Below are positions 27,970 to 37,117 of a stretch of 64,000 nt of DNA, one piece after another. Within the stretch, counting starts at the first letter, position 1. Every line of letters begins with the position of its first letter. The translations under genes were made by a program, and so were the position numbers. The notes beneath the pieces were generated by a model that ran no database searches, was not told where the DNA came from, and saw only the letters and a program-made list of their open reading frames with translations. The stretch is from Lachnospiraceae bacterium (GTDB taxonomy: Bacteria; Bacillota; Clostridia; Lachnospirales; Lachnospiraceae): contig JAGCAK010000005.1 in the NCBI GenBank assembly GCA_017652745.1, positions 16,202 through 80,201 of the forward strand, read 5' to 3'.

Positions 27970-29170
27970 TAAACATATTCGTTTCCAGAGAGCTTTCTGG
28001 GTATTTGCCCAAATTTTTGTAGGAACAGCGATCAGGTTATTTAAGCATTATCATTGCAAGGTCACCAAGCCAAAGAGCAAGGTGTTTCTTGCTCTGTATA
28101 ATCATACGGATGATCTGGATCCGTTTTATCTGGCAATTGGGCTGTTTCGACATATGCGGTATGTTGCCAGCTCAGTGATCCTTGAAGGCTTTATAGGCAG
28201 GATCATCTCTTTTCTTGTCGGTCCTATTCCACGAAAAAAAGCTGCCAGCGCAGATGATACGGTTGAGCTGATGCTTGAAAATATGAAGGCAGGCATCAGT
28301 ATTGCACTAAGTGCGGAAGGAAACCGTTCATGGGATGGCGAGACTATGTTTATTTCGCCCCGGACGGCAGAAGTGGCAAAACGATCCGGCGCAGCACTTG
28401 TAACATTCCGTATCCGCGGCGGTTATCTCCATACCCCGCGGTTTGCAGCATATGCACGGAAAGGCCCGGTATTTGGAGAAATGGTAAGAGAATATTCTCC
28501 GGAAGAACTTTCCCATATGAGTGTTCAGGAAATAGAAGATGCCATTGCGAAAGACCTTTATGTGAATGCGTATCAGGATCAGAAAGACCCTCCGCCGATC
28601 ATTAAGGATTATTTGAAAGGCCGGAAGATGGTGTCCTATAAGGGAAAAGCTAAGGCCGAAAACATTGAAAGTATTCTCTATATATGTCCGGTCTGCCATG
28701 GCATTGGCACGCTTTCCAGTCACAATGATGGTTTTTCCTGCACTTGCGGGCTGTCCGGCAAGATCAATGATTACGGATTCCTTGAGGGAAACGTTCCGTT
28801 TGATAATACGGTTGACTGGAACAGGTGGCAGAAAACTTATCTGAAGGAACAGCCAGCTGTGCTTGCAAAGAGTACAGAAGTGATCTTTACTGACAACAGG
28901 GCAGAGCTATATATTACAAAAATGAATAAGCGGGAGCAGACAGCAAAAAACGCAGAAGTATTCTTTTATCCTGATCGGATCGTGATAAAGGATGACAATG
29001 AAACGCATACATTTATGCTGAATGAGATCACCAGGTTCGCCGCATTTCGCTCGCAAAAAGTGTATTTTACCTGTAAGGACGAGTATTGTGAGTTGATATT
29101 TGACCACATCGTTTCGGGAATGAAATATGAGGCATTCTGGAGAGTTTTAACCGGCAGACCATATTTGTAA
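27959..29170 (+). CDS. lysophospholipid (PlsC-type) acyltransferase with C-terminal Cys-rich extension
   Basis: HX4D motif NHTDDLD and an AEGNRS block. The C-terminal ~200 aa carries CPVCHG...CTCG. Confidence 0.7.
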   Translation: MAVDKHIRFQRAFWVFAQIFVGTAIRLFKHYHCKVTKPKSKVFLALYNHTDDLDPFYLAIGLFRHMRYVASSVILEGFIGRIISFLVGPIPRKKAASADDTVELMLENMKAGISIALSAEGNRSWDGETMFISPRTAEVAKRSGAALVTFRIRGGYLHTPRFAAYARKGPVFGEMVREYSPEELSHMSVQEIEDAIAKDLYVNAYQDQKDPPPIIKDYLKGRKMVSYKGKAKAENIESILYICPVCHGIGTLSSHNDGFSCTCGLSGKINDYGFLEGNVPFDNTVDWNRWQKTYLKEQPAVLAKSTEVIFTDNRAELYITKMNKREQTAKNAEVFFYPDRIVIKDDNETHTFMLNEITRFAAFRSQKVYFTCKDEYCELIFDHIVSGMKYEAFWRVLTGRPYL

Positions 29171-29194
29171 AAACAAAAATAAAGGGATTGAAAA

Positions 29195-29226
29195 ACAGGA
29201 GAAATCAACAGTTTCTCCTGTTTTTA
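29195..29226 (+). terminator. Rho-independent terminator
   Basis: ACAGGAGAAA / TTTCTCCTGT stem followed by TTTTT. Confidence 0.8.
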
Positions 29227-29311
29227 TTGTTTGTCTATTATACAGTAGTATGCTATAATCCATTCGTAGCACAATTTTTTTAAAACTATAAAAAAATTTA
29301 GGAGGAGAAAA

Positions 29312-30631
29312 ATGAAAACAGTGAAAAAAATTGCAGCTCTGTTGCTGGCAGCACTTTTTGCAGTAACACTGCTGGCAGCCTGCGGTGACAAAAAAGAAAC
29401 ACCTCAGGGCTCTGGAGCTGCTCCAGCTCCATCTGCAGGCGGCACGATCAAGATCGGTTATGTTAACCCGACGACTGGCCCTCTTGCTGGTAATGGCGAA
29501 GGCTGTGACTGGGTCGTAAAACAGATCGAAGATTATGTTAACAATCAAATGGGCGGAATTGAAGTTGATGGCGCTAAAAAGAACATCAAAGTCATCGTTT
29601 ACGATTCCACATCCAATCAGCAGACGGCAGCTGATATGGCACAGAAACTGTGCGTCGAGGATGAAGTAGACTTGATCATCGCTATTCAGACTCCGGAGAC
29701 AGCTATTCCTGTTGAAGCACAGGCTGAAATCAATGAAGTACCTTGTATTGGTATCCAGGCACCGGTTGATCCATGTGCATTTGCATCGGATACCCATGAT
29801 TGGACAGTACATGCATTCTGGACCATTGACAACATTTATGAAGCGCACAAGGCTCTTTGGACAGCTGCAGGCTTTGGCCCGGGCAGCGGCGCTAAGATCG
29901 GTCTTGCTTTCGCAAATGATGCAGACGGTACTGCATGGCATGACACTTTCGTGAAGAAACTTCCGGAAGATGGTTATACCGTTATTGATCCGGGTCAGTA
30001 TCCATCCGGAACCGATGACTTCTCCAACGTTGTCAAAGCTTTCAAAGATGCTGATATCGATATCCTCGCAGGAACAAACATTCCTCCAGATTTCTCCAAC
30101 CTCTTCACACAGATGCAGGCAGCAGGCGTTCAGGTTGATGCTATCACAATGGGTAAATGCTGCTTACTTCCAGGTGATGTCGTTGCTTTAGGCGAGAATG
30201 TAGAAGGAATCCTTTCCGAGGTTTGGTGGGCACCGGAGTATCCATACGTTTCCGCTCTGACAGGTGTTGACTGCCCGACATTAGGTGCAGCATATCTGAA
30301 AGACAACGGCGGTGTTATGCCTCAGCCGGCAGGCTATGCTTATGCAGCATTAGAGCTTGCAGTTGAAGCTTTCCAGAAAGCCGGAACAACTGACAAAGAA
30401 GCAGTTTTCGCAGCACTGAAAGCTCTTGATGTTGAGACCATTGTCGGACCTATCAAATATGATAAGGAAATGAACGGTCTTGCATACTCTGACACCGTTG
30501 TCGCAGGCGGACAGTGGCAGAAGGGTGATGATGGACAGTGGCATCTGGTCGTGATCGACGCTTCCCTGTATCCGGAACTTTCCGGCGCTATTGCAGGCGA
30601 ATACAAAGCTGGAAATGCAACTCAGAAATAA
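29312..30631 (+). CDS. ABC transporter substrate-binding lipoprotein (HAAT / Leu-Ile-Val-binding family-like)
   Basis: Lipobox LLAACG, 439 aa, followed by LivGFHM-like components. Confidence 0.8.
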   Translation: MKTVKKIAALLLAALFAVTLLAACGDKKETPQGSGAAPAPSAGGTIKIGYVNPTTGPLAGNGEGCDWVVKQIEDYVNNQMGGIEVDGAKKNIKVIVYDSTSNQQTAADMAQKLCVEDEVDLIIAIQTPETAIPVEAQAEINEVPCIGIQAPVDPCAFASDTHDWTVHAFWTIDNIYEAHKALWTAAGFGPGSGAKIGLAFANDADGTAWHDTFVKKLPEDGYTVIDPGQYPSGTDDFSNVVKAFKDADIDILAGTNIPPDFSNLFTQMQAAGVQVDAITMGKCCLLPGDVVALGENVEGILSEVWWAPEYPYVSALTGVDCPTLGAAYLKDNGGVMPQPAGYAYAALELAVEAFQKAGTTDKEAVFAALKALDVETIVGPIKYDKEMNGLAYSDTVVAGGQWQKGDDGQWHLVVIDASLYPELSGAIAGEYKAGNATQK

Positions 30632-30665
30632 TCAGAACGTGAATACACAAGAATTATAACGATTG

Positions 30666-30705
30666 GCGGAGGGCTTTTCTAAAAGCTCTCCGCTTTGTTG
30701 TTTTT
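30666..30705 (+). terminator. intra-operon attenuating hairpin between the binding protein and ATPase genes
   Basis: GCGGAGGGCTTTT / AAAAGCTCTCCGC stem followed by TTTGTTGTTTTT; it ends 23 nt before the next start codon. Confidence 0.6.
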
Positions 30706-30727
30706 CTTGGCCTCAAAGGAGGAAACG

Positions 30728-31465
30728 ATGGGGAATATTTTAACTTTTGAACATGTTGACGCGGGCTACGGCCGTGTCCAGATTCTCCACGATTTATCAT
30801 TTTCAGTAGAAGAGGGCGAAGTATATGGCGTCATCGGGCCTAACGGCTGCGGAAAGACGACCATGTTCAATGCTTTGATCGGTCTGATCATTCCGAACAA
30901 GGGAACGATCACTTTTAATGGACAAAATGTAACAAAGATGAAACCGGATAAACGGTGCCACCTGGGTATTGGAAGAACGTACCAGGTTCCGCGTCCGTTT
31001 GAAGGGATGAGTGTCTACGAGAATGTTCTGGTAGCAGCTGTTCATGGTGCAAATCATAATGAAAAGACAGGCCGTGAAGTGGCGTTGAAGTCACTGGAAC
31101 TGACTGAATTGTATGATAAAAGGGAGATCCTTGCGGGAGAGCTGACACTGCTTGACCGTAAACGTTTAGAGATTGCCAGAGCTTTAGGTACTGAACCGAA
31201 ACTTTTGCTTTTAGATGAGGTCGCTGCAGGCCTGACAGAAGCGGAAGTGCAGGACGTTATTAAGATGGTGAAAAATTTGAAAGTTGCTGGCTATTCCATC
31301 ATTTGGATCGAGCATGTTATCCAGACAATGGTGGAAGCAACCGACCACCTGATGTGCATGTCTGACGGACATGAACTTTTGATCGGTGAGCCGAGACCGG
31401 TTATGGAATCAAAGGAAGTCGAAGAAGTTTACTTAGGAGTGGAGGAAGAAGACGAAGATGAGTGA
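30728..31465 (+). CDS. ABC transporter ATP-binding protein (LivG-like)
   Basis: ATG at 30728 behind AAGGAGG. Walker A GPNGCGKTT, Walker B LLLLDE. Confidence 0.9.
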   Translation: MGNILTFEHVDAGYGRVQILHDLSFSVEEGEVYGVIGPNGCGKTTMFNALIGLIIPNKGTITFNGQNVTKMKPDKRCHLGIGRTYQVPRPFEGMSVYENVLVAAVHGANHNEKTGREVALKSLELTELYDKREILAGELTLLDRKRLEIARALGTEPKLLLLDEVAAGLTEAEVQDVIKMVKNLKVAGYSIIWIEHVIQTMVEATDHLMCMSDGHELLIGEPRPVMESKEVEEVYLGVEEEDEDE

Positions 31466-32171
31466 GCCTATGTTAAAAGTAGAAGGCGTTCAAGCCAAAT
31501 ATGGAGACTTCATCGCAGTCGCTGATGCTTCACTGGAAGTTCCGGAGGGGATGATCGTATCCCTGATCGGATCCAACGGTGCTGGCAAGTCCACTCTTAT
31601 GGACACGATTGCCGGTCTTCATAAACCAAGTCAGGGAAAAATATATTTTAAAGGGGAAGACATTACCGGTCTTTCCGCGGATAAAATTGTTGTCCGCGGC
31701 CTTTCTCTGGTTCCGCAGGGAAGCCGCTGCTTTATCCGTATGACGGTAGAGGACAACCTGATCATGGGCAGTTTCCCAAAGGTCGTCCGAAAAAAATGCA
31801 AAGACTCTTTAGAGAGAGTCTATGAGCTGTTCCCGGTATTAAAACAGAAGAGAAACGATCTGTCCGGAAGTCTTTCCGGCGGTCAGCGTCAGATGGTCGC
31901 TATCGGACGTGCTCTTATGACCAATCCGGAACTGATCCTGTTTGATGAGATTTCTCTGGGTCTTGCACCTACAACCATTAAGGATATTTATGCAAGGATC
32001 AAAGAAATCAATAAGTCCGGAACAACAGTTGTTCTGGTCGAGCAGGATACGCAGAGAGCTATCAAGACGGCAAAGCTTGTTGATGTCATGCTGAAAGGTA
32101 AAGTCGTATTATCCGGCAAACCGGAAGAGTTGAGCGATGAGGACATCAAAAAAGCATACTTTGGAATCTAG
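31458..32171 (+). CDS. ABC transporter ATP-binding protein (LivF-like)
   Basis: Walker A GSNGAGKST, signature LSGGQRQ, Walker B ILFDE. Confidence 0.9.
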   Translation: MSEPMLKVEGVQAKYGDFIAVADASLEVPEGMIVSLIGSNGAGKSTLMDTIAGLHKPSQGKIYFKGEDITGLSADKIVVRGLSLVPQGSRCFIRMTVEDNLIMGSFPKVVRKKCKDSLERVYELFPVLKQKRNDLSGSLSGGQRQMVAIGRALMTNPELILFDEISLGLAPTTIKDIYARIKEINKSGTTVVLVEQDTQRAIKTAKLVDVMLKGKVVLSGKPEELSDEDIKKAYFGI

Positions 32172-32186
32172 GAAGGAGGATAAAAC

Positions 32187-33032
32187 ATGCAGGTTATACA
32201 GGTTATTATAAACGGTATATTGCTTGGCGGTATTTATGCTCTCCTGGGCGTAGGTATGACTATGATGTTCGGTATTGTCAAGCTTACCAATCTGGCACAC
32301 GGTGAATTTATTATTATCGGTGCTTATCTTTCAACCGTTCTGGCCAATGCTATAGGCGTGGACCCGATCCTTACGATCATCGTTACGGTCCCGATCATGT
32401 TCCTGGTCGGAATGGGACTGCAGTCAGGTCTGATCAACCGTGTCATGAAGATCGGTTCTGAACCTGCATTGCTGGTTACATTTGGTCTGTCAATCATTCT
32501 GGCAGATGCTATGCTTTTGATCTTCTCTGCAGATGCACAGAGAGCAAACGTTCCTTACAACACCGCATCTCTGAGAATTGCACAGGGATTGAACATTTCC
32601 GTGCTTGACCTGATCGTTTTCTGCATCAGTCTTGCTACGATCATTGTTCTTTCCATTTTCTTAAAGAAGACCTACCTTGGACGTTCCATCCGTGCAACCT
32701 CGGATGATACACAGGCTGCTTCCCTGATGGGCGTCAATGTTAACCGCACCTATGCTATTGCTATGGGAATTGCAATGGCTACTGCAGCAATCGCAGGTAT
32801 GTGCGTCAGTATGAAATGGGTCTATTATCCAAGCAGCGGCGGCAACTACCTGCTCACCGCGTTTGGTGTCGTTGTTATCGGTGGTATGGGATCTATTCCG
32901 GGAACATTGATTGCCGGACTGATCCTTGGATTGGCACAGGTTATCGGCGGTGCGAATTACGGACAGCTCATTGCATATGTGTTGATGGTTCTGTTCCTTG
33001 CAGTTCGCCCACAGGGTCTGTTCAGCAAGTAG
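32187..33032 (+). CDS. branched-chain amino acid ABC permease (LivH-like)
   Basis: 281 aa, polytopic, N-terminus VINGILLGGIYALLGVGMTMMFG typical of LivH. Confidence 0.85.
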   Translation: MQVIQVIINGILLGGIYALLGVGMTMMFGIVKLTNLAHGEFIIIGAYLSTVLANAIGVDPILTIIVTVPIMFLVGMGLQSGLINRVMKIGSEPALLVTFGLSIILADAMLLIFSADAQRANVPYNTASLRIAQGLNISVLDLIVFCISLATIIVLSIFLKKTYLGRSIRATSDDTQAASLMGVNVNRTYAIAMGIAMATAAIAGMCVSMKWVYYPSSGGNYLLTAFGVVVIGGMGSIPGTLIAGLILGLAQVIGGANYGQLIAYVLMVLFLAVRPQGLFSK

Positions 33033-33051
33033 AAGGGAGGAGAAGAGCATA

Positions 33052-34080
33052 ATGAAAGATAATACAACTACCCTTCATAAACCAGTTAAGATCCTGGACG
33101 GCATCGTGATGCTGATCATCTGCATCGTGATCTGTGTAGCATTATACGTTCTGGGAATTACGAAGACTTTCTCCAACAATACCATGCGTTATATGTTCAA
33201 GATCTTCCTTTACATTACTATGGGAACCATGTGGAACCTGATGAGCGGTTTCACGGGAATGACAAGCCTTGGACAGCAGGTATTTATTGGTATTGCAGGT
33301 TATTCCGTAGCAGTTATGACATCGACCTATAAAATGTCAATGTGGATGGGACTTCTGGTTGGTGCTGTGATCGGAGTTGTCTTCGCACTTATTCTGTCAT
33401 TTGTCCTGTTTAGGATGCGAGGCATGTATTTTGCTGTAGCAACCTGGCTGATCGCGGAAGCTGTCAGATTGTGGTTTAACAGCTGGCCGTTCGTAAAACA
33501 GGGCGCTGGAATGACAGTAGCAGTCAAGCAGATCCCGAAGGTAAGAGAACTTTATATTTACGCACTGACACTTATGATCATAGCACTTATTGTCGTCTAT
33601 GCCCTGCTTCGTACGAAGACAGGTCTTGGACTGACTGCTATGAGAGACGATGCAGATGCATCCAGCTCCGTTGGTGTGAATATTTTCAAGTCCAAACTGC
33701 TTTGCTATCTGATCTGTTCTGTATTTATCGCACTTTGCGGCGGTCTCTTTGCACTGCAGAAAGGTTCCGTCCTTCCGTCATCATCCTTTGGTATTGACTG
33801 GACGGTCGCAATGGTGTTCATTGTTATCTTGGGCGGTGTCGGAACCATGGCCGGTCCGATCTTAGGCGGTATCATTTATGTTATCCTGTCTGAGTTCCTG
33901 GCTCACTTCCCGGGATGGTCCAATATCATCCTCGGAGCTATTGCTATTCTGGTTATCATTTTCCTTCCGGATGGCATTATCGGAACACTGCAGAAGAAAC
34001 TGAATTTCGAGATCTTCTCACAGAAGAGATTATCTGCACCGAAAAAGAGTCTGAAACAGAAAGCAGATATGGCTGCTTAA
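33052..34080 (+). CDS. branched-chain amino acid ABC permease (LivM-like)
   Basis: ATG at 33052 behind GGGAGGAG. Polytopic, with a GFTGMTSLGQQVFIGIAGY motif. Confidence 0.85.
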   Translation: MKDNTTTLHKPVKILDGIVMLIICIVICVALYVLGITKTFSNNTMRYMFKIFLYITMGTMWNLMSGFTGMTSLGQQVFIGIAGYSVAVMTSTYKMSMWMGLLVGAVIGVVFALILSFVLFRMRGMYFAVATWLIAEAVRLWFNSWPFVKQGAGMTVAVKQIPKVRELYIYALTLMIIALIVVYALLRTKTGLGLTAMRDDADASSSVGVNIFKSKLLCYLICSVFIALCGGLFALQKGSVLPSSSFGIDWTVAMVFIVILGGVGTMAGPILGGIIYVILSEFLAHFPGWSNIILGAIAILVIIFLPDGIIGTLQKKLNFEIFSQKRLSAPKKSLKQKADMAA

Positions 34081-34096
34081 GTAATTACAAATGGAG

Positions 34097-34127
34097 AAGA
34101 CCGGGCGAAAAGCCCGGTCTTTTTTTG
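34097..34127 (+). terminator. Rho-independent terminator after the ABC operon
   Basis: AAGACCGGGC / GCCCGGTCTT stem followed by T7. Confidence 0.85.
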
Positions 34128-34146
34128 TTTATATAAAAATAAAAAA

Positions 34147-34173
34147 TTAGCACTCACCTATTGACAGTGCTAA
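34147..34173 (+). promoter_or_regulatory. CIRCE (HrcA operator) element
   Basis: TTAGCACTC-N9-CAGTGCTAA against the consensus TTAGCACTC-N9-GAGTGCTAA, a 17/18 match. It overlaps the -35 box. Confidence 0.8.
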
Positions 34174-34188
34174 TAATTATGTTATAAT
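34161..34188 (+). promoter_or_regulatory. sigma-A promoter of hsp20
   Basis: TTGACA (34161-34166), 16-nt spacer, TATAAT (34183-34188). Confidence 0.7.
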
Positions 34189-34276
34189 GCACATAGAACA
34201 AATACATTATATATAGCAACGTAAACAAGAGATCAACACAGGCCGCGAAAGGCCGTTCACACAGGAGGTAATAAAA

Positions 34277-34702
34277 ATGTATTTAGCAAGAAGAAATAAC
34301 ACAAACTTTTTCGATGATTTTTTCAAAAGCCCATTTATGGGAGCAGTCGAGCAAGTCGGCGGAAGCAGACTGATGAAGACAGATGTTAAAGAATTGGAAG
34401 ATTCCTTTGAGATCAGTATGGATCTTCCGGGCGTTCAGAAAGAAGATATTCAGATCGAATTAAAAGATGGTTATCTGACGGTATCAGCAAGCAAGACAAC
34501 TCAATTCAGCGAGAACGGAGAAAACGGAAGGTATATCCGGAAAGAAAGATTTGAAGGATCCGCCAAAAGAAGTTTCTTTGTAGGAGATTTTGCAAACGAA
34601 GAAAATATCCGTGCATCCTACAATAACGGGGTCTTAAAACTGACGATTCCAAAGGAACCGGAACCAGAACCAGAGCAGCCGAAACGTATCAACATTGACT
34701 AA
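34277..34702 (+). CDS. Hsp20/alpha-crystallin family small heat-shock protein
   Basis: Alpha-crystallin domain (DVKELEDSFEISMDLPGV...) and the GVLKLTIPK motif. Confidence 0.9.
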   Translation: MYLARRNNTNFFDDFFKSPFMGAVEQVGGSRLMKTDVKELEDSFEISMDLPGVQKEDIQIELKDGYLTVSASKTTQFSENGENGRYIRKERFEGSAKRSFFVGDFANEENIRASYNNGVLKLTIPKEPEPEPEQPKRINID

Positions 34703-34712
34703 ATTATGAGAG

Positions 34713-34749
34713 AAACTGCCGCATGAAAATGCGGCAGTTTTTTCTTTTT
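34713..34749 (+). terminator. Rho-independent terminator after hsp20
   Basis: AAACTGCCGCAT / ATGCGGCAGTTT stem followed by a T-run. Confidence 0.85.
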
Positions 34750-34817
34750 CTTTTTTTGATATTTAGTCTTGATTATTTCGGCTTTCCCTTGTAAAATAGC
34801 ACACGTGCATAACACAT

Positions 34818-34891
34818 CGGTGTGTGGCTCAGTTTGGTAGAGCGCTGCGTTCGGGACGCAGAGGTCGCAGGTTCAAATCCTGTCACACCGA
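34818..34891 (+). tRNA. tRNA-Pro (anticodon CGG)
   Basis: 74 nt: acceptor CGGTGTG/CACACCG+A, anticodon arm CTGCG-TTCGGGA-CGCAG, T arm GCAGG-TTCAAAT-CCTGT. Confidence 0.9.
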
Positions 34892-34894
34892 TTT

Positions 34895-34930
34895 GCGTAA
34901 AGCTGAGATACCTCACTTTACGCTTTTTTT
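34895..34930. terminator. terminator hairpin shared by tRNA-Pro and the convergent MATE gene
   Basis: GCGTAAAG..CTTTACGC stem followed by T7. It abuts the MATE stop codon. Confidence 0.7.
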
Positions 34931-36323
34931 ATGTCTCTCGGGTGAGCTTCTTCATCCAGGTATATTTCCGGAAATGAATAAAGGTCGGCAGGCATTTAAA
35001 TATCTGGTCGGACTGTACGACGACAACGACCCATTCTACCGGCCATTTCCACCAGAAAGCGGCCATGAAGCTGAGCGGCATAACGATCAGCCAGGTTGAG
35101 ATCAGGTTCATGGCCATTGTGAAGTTAGCATCGCCGCCGCCTTGGATGATACCGAAACTGACTGGCATCTGATAGCTCATTCCAACCATGATCACAGCCA
35201 TGATGAGGATGAGACGGCCTGCTAATGCTAATGCGTTATCATTCAGATTATAGAGCGTCAGAAGCGGATTTTTCAGAATGACTAACAGCAATCCTAAAAG
35301 GAATCCGATTCCAACGTCGATAACTGAGAGCGTACGGCCGTCGCTTTTGATCCGGTTCAGTTCCCCGCGTCCGATCGACTGTCCGATCATGACAGCACTG
35401 GTCGAACTCATGGCGACAACGATCACCTTCAAGTATTGATAAAATGTAGTGGCAACAGAATTTGCCGCTATGGCATCCGCACTCAGGTGGCCTAAAATAG
35501 CTGTCTGCATAGGAACGGAGACTCCCCAGAGAACGGTGGCGCACATGATAGGAAAATACACCTTTAGATAGTCTTTCCAAAGATCAGCATCATTTTTAAA
35601 CAGCCAGGTAACAGCTCCTTCTGAATCAGATGGCTTTTTGAAAAGCATGAGTTTCTTATCAACAAAGATCAAATACAGGATCACGATCAGTAGTTCTATG
35701 ACGCGTGCGATCAGGGTGCCGATCGCGGCACCGGTAATACCCATTTCCGGGAAACCAAGTTTTCCGAAGATCAGGACATAGTTGATCCCGACATTGATGA
35801 CCAGAGATACGATAGATATGTAAAAGGAAATATTGACAGTCCCGACTGCTCGCAGAGCGGCCATCAGGATATTGGTCAGAATATACAGGACAAAAGTCCA
35901 CATGATGATCAGCAGATACTTTCGTCCTTCTTCAATTATGCCGGCATCCGACGTGAAGATCCTGACAATGCCGCCTGGTATGAAAGCACAGACCAGAAGC
36001 AGGATGATCGCAATCGCTGTTCCGATTTTTAAAGTGATCCCCACCAGACGACGGATCGGACCGGTCCGGTCCTGCCCCCAGTATTGGGCGGCCAATGCAA
36101 CCAGCGCATTGCCGAACGATATGGCAAACTGCTGGATAATAAAGAAAACCTGGTTGACTGTGGCAGCTCCGCTTAATGCATTCTGGGAATAACTTCCCAG
36201 CATGATATTATCTGCCATATTGACAGAATAGGCGATAACATTCTGCAAAGCCACAAATGCCAGCATACTGAATAAAGCTCGATAAAAGGCTTTGTCTTTT
36301 GTGAAAAAAGATGTCTGGCTCAC
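34929..36323 (-). CDS. MATE family efflux transporter
   Basis: 464 aa, 12-TM pattern, divergent from a TetR gene. Confidence 0.85.
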   Translation of the reverse strand: MSQTSFFTKDKAFYRALFSMLAFVALQNVIAYSVNMADNIMLGSYSQNALSGAATVNQVFFIIQQFAISFGNALVALAAQYWGQDRTGPIRRLVGITLKIGTAIAIILLLVCAFIPGGIVRIFTSDAGIIEEGRKYLLIIMWTFVLYILTNILMAALRAVGTVNISFYISIVSLVINVGINYVLIFGKLGFPEMGITGAAIGTLIARVIELLIVILYLIFVDKKLMLFKKPSDSEGAVTWLFKNDADLWKDYLKVYFPIMCATVLWGVSVPMQTAILGHLSADAIAANSVATTFYQYLKVIVVAMSSTSAVMIGQSIGRGELNRIKSDGRTLSVIDVGIGFLLGLLLVILKNPLLTLYNLNDNALALAGRLILIMAVIMVGMSYQMPVSFGIIQGGGDANFTMAMNLISTWLIVMPLSFMAAFWWKWPVEWVVVVVQSDQIFKCLPTFIHFRKYTWMKKLTRET

Positions 36324-36345
36324 AAAAAAAACTCCTTGTTTGCAG

Positions 36346-36368
36346 CAACATTTTTTAGAAAATTGTTG
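36346..36368. promoter_or_regulatory. candidate TetR operator palindrome in the MATE/tetR divergent region
   Basis: CAACATTTTT-TAG-AAAATTGTTG; the arms match 9/10 as an inverted repeat. Confidence 0.4.
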
Positions 36369-36478
36369 GTTTTATACTATCATATCCGGCAAAAAAATGG
36401 TATGATTAACAAGAATATAATTGTGGTTTATGCAACACGGAGTTGGCATTATACATTCTTTGTTATGGGGGAAAGAAT

Positions 36479-37090
36479 ATGGCAAAAGAAGACCTGCGTG
36501 TGATCAAAACATTAGACAGTGTGGATCAGTCACTGTTAGAAAACCTGAAAAAGACACCATTTAACAAGATCACGGTAGAAGCGCTTTGCGAAAAAGCCAG
36601 GATCAACCGTACTACTTTTTATAAGCACTACAGAGATAAATATGAATTGCTGGACAACTATCTGGCACGTGTGCTGGAAGAGTTTCGTATTAAAAATGAT
36701 GTTGTTTTTGTAGATGCAGATCCGGAATCGATCAATGAAGATAAATACAAACTTCCTTTCCGGGACACGGTGGAATTTATTATTTCCAAAAAAGACGTGT
36801 ATGAGATTCTTTGGACGGCGCAGATAGACAGGAATATTTTTGACGAGATGGTGCAGACGATTTCCGAAAGTATTATCAAGAGAAGGATCAAGCAGCATCC
36901 GGAAATAAAGACAGATACGGAAAAGTTTTTCAAAACTTCTTTGTTTGCAAACTTGTTCGCATACAATCATCTGGTTTCTGTCTGCTGGTGGCTGGCCAAT
37001 GATTATGTGATCAGTAAAGCAGAATTGTTCCGTCTGTTTGATGATATGATGAGAGAAGGGCTGTTTAAGGTTTTTAAGGAACAACTATAG
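36479..37090 (+). CDS. TetR/AcrR family transcriptional regulator
   Basis: ATG at 36479 behind GGGGGAAAG. N-terminal HTH ITVEALCEKARINRTTFYKHYRDKYEL. Confidence 0.85.
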   Translation: MAKEDLRVIKTLDSVDQSLLENLKKTPFNKITVEALCEKARINRTTFYKHYRDKYELLDNYLARVLEEFRIKNDVVFVDADPESINEDKYKLPFRDTVEFIISKKDVYEILWTAQIDRNIFDEMVQTISESIIKRRIKQHPEIKTDTEKFFKTSLFANLFAYNHLVSVCWWLANDYVISKAELFRLFDDMMREGLFKVFKEQL

Positions 37091-37117
37091 CAAACACAGG
37101 AAAAGAGGGTAAAAACA

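Noticed and set aside
34824-35099. A 91-aa + strand ORF starting inside tRNA-Pro.
   Set aside because: It overlaps the tRNA, the terminator and the 3' end of the convergent MATE gene, so it is a shadow ORF.
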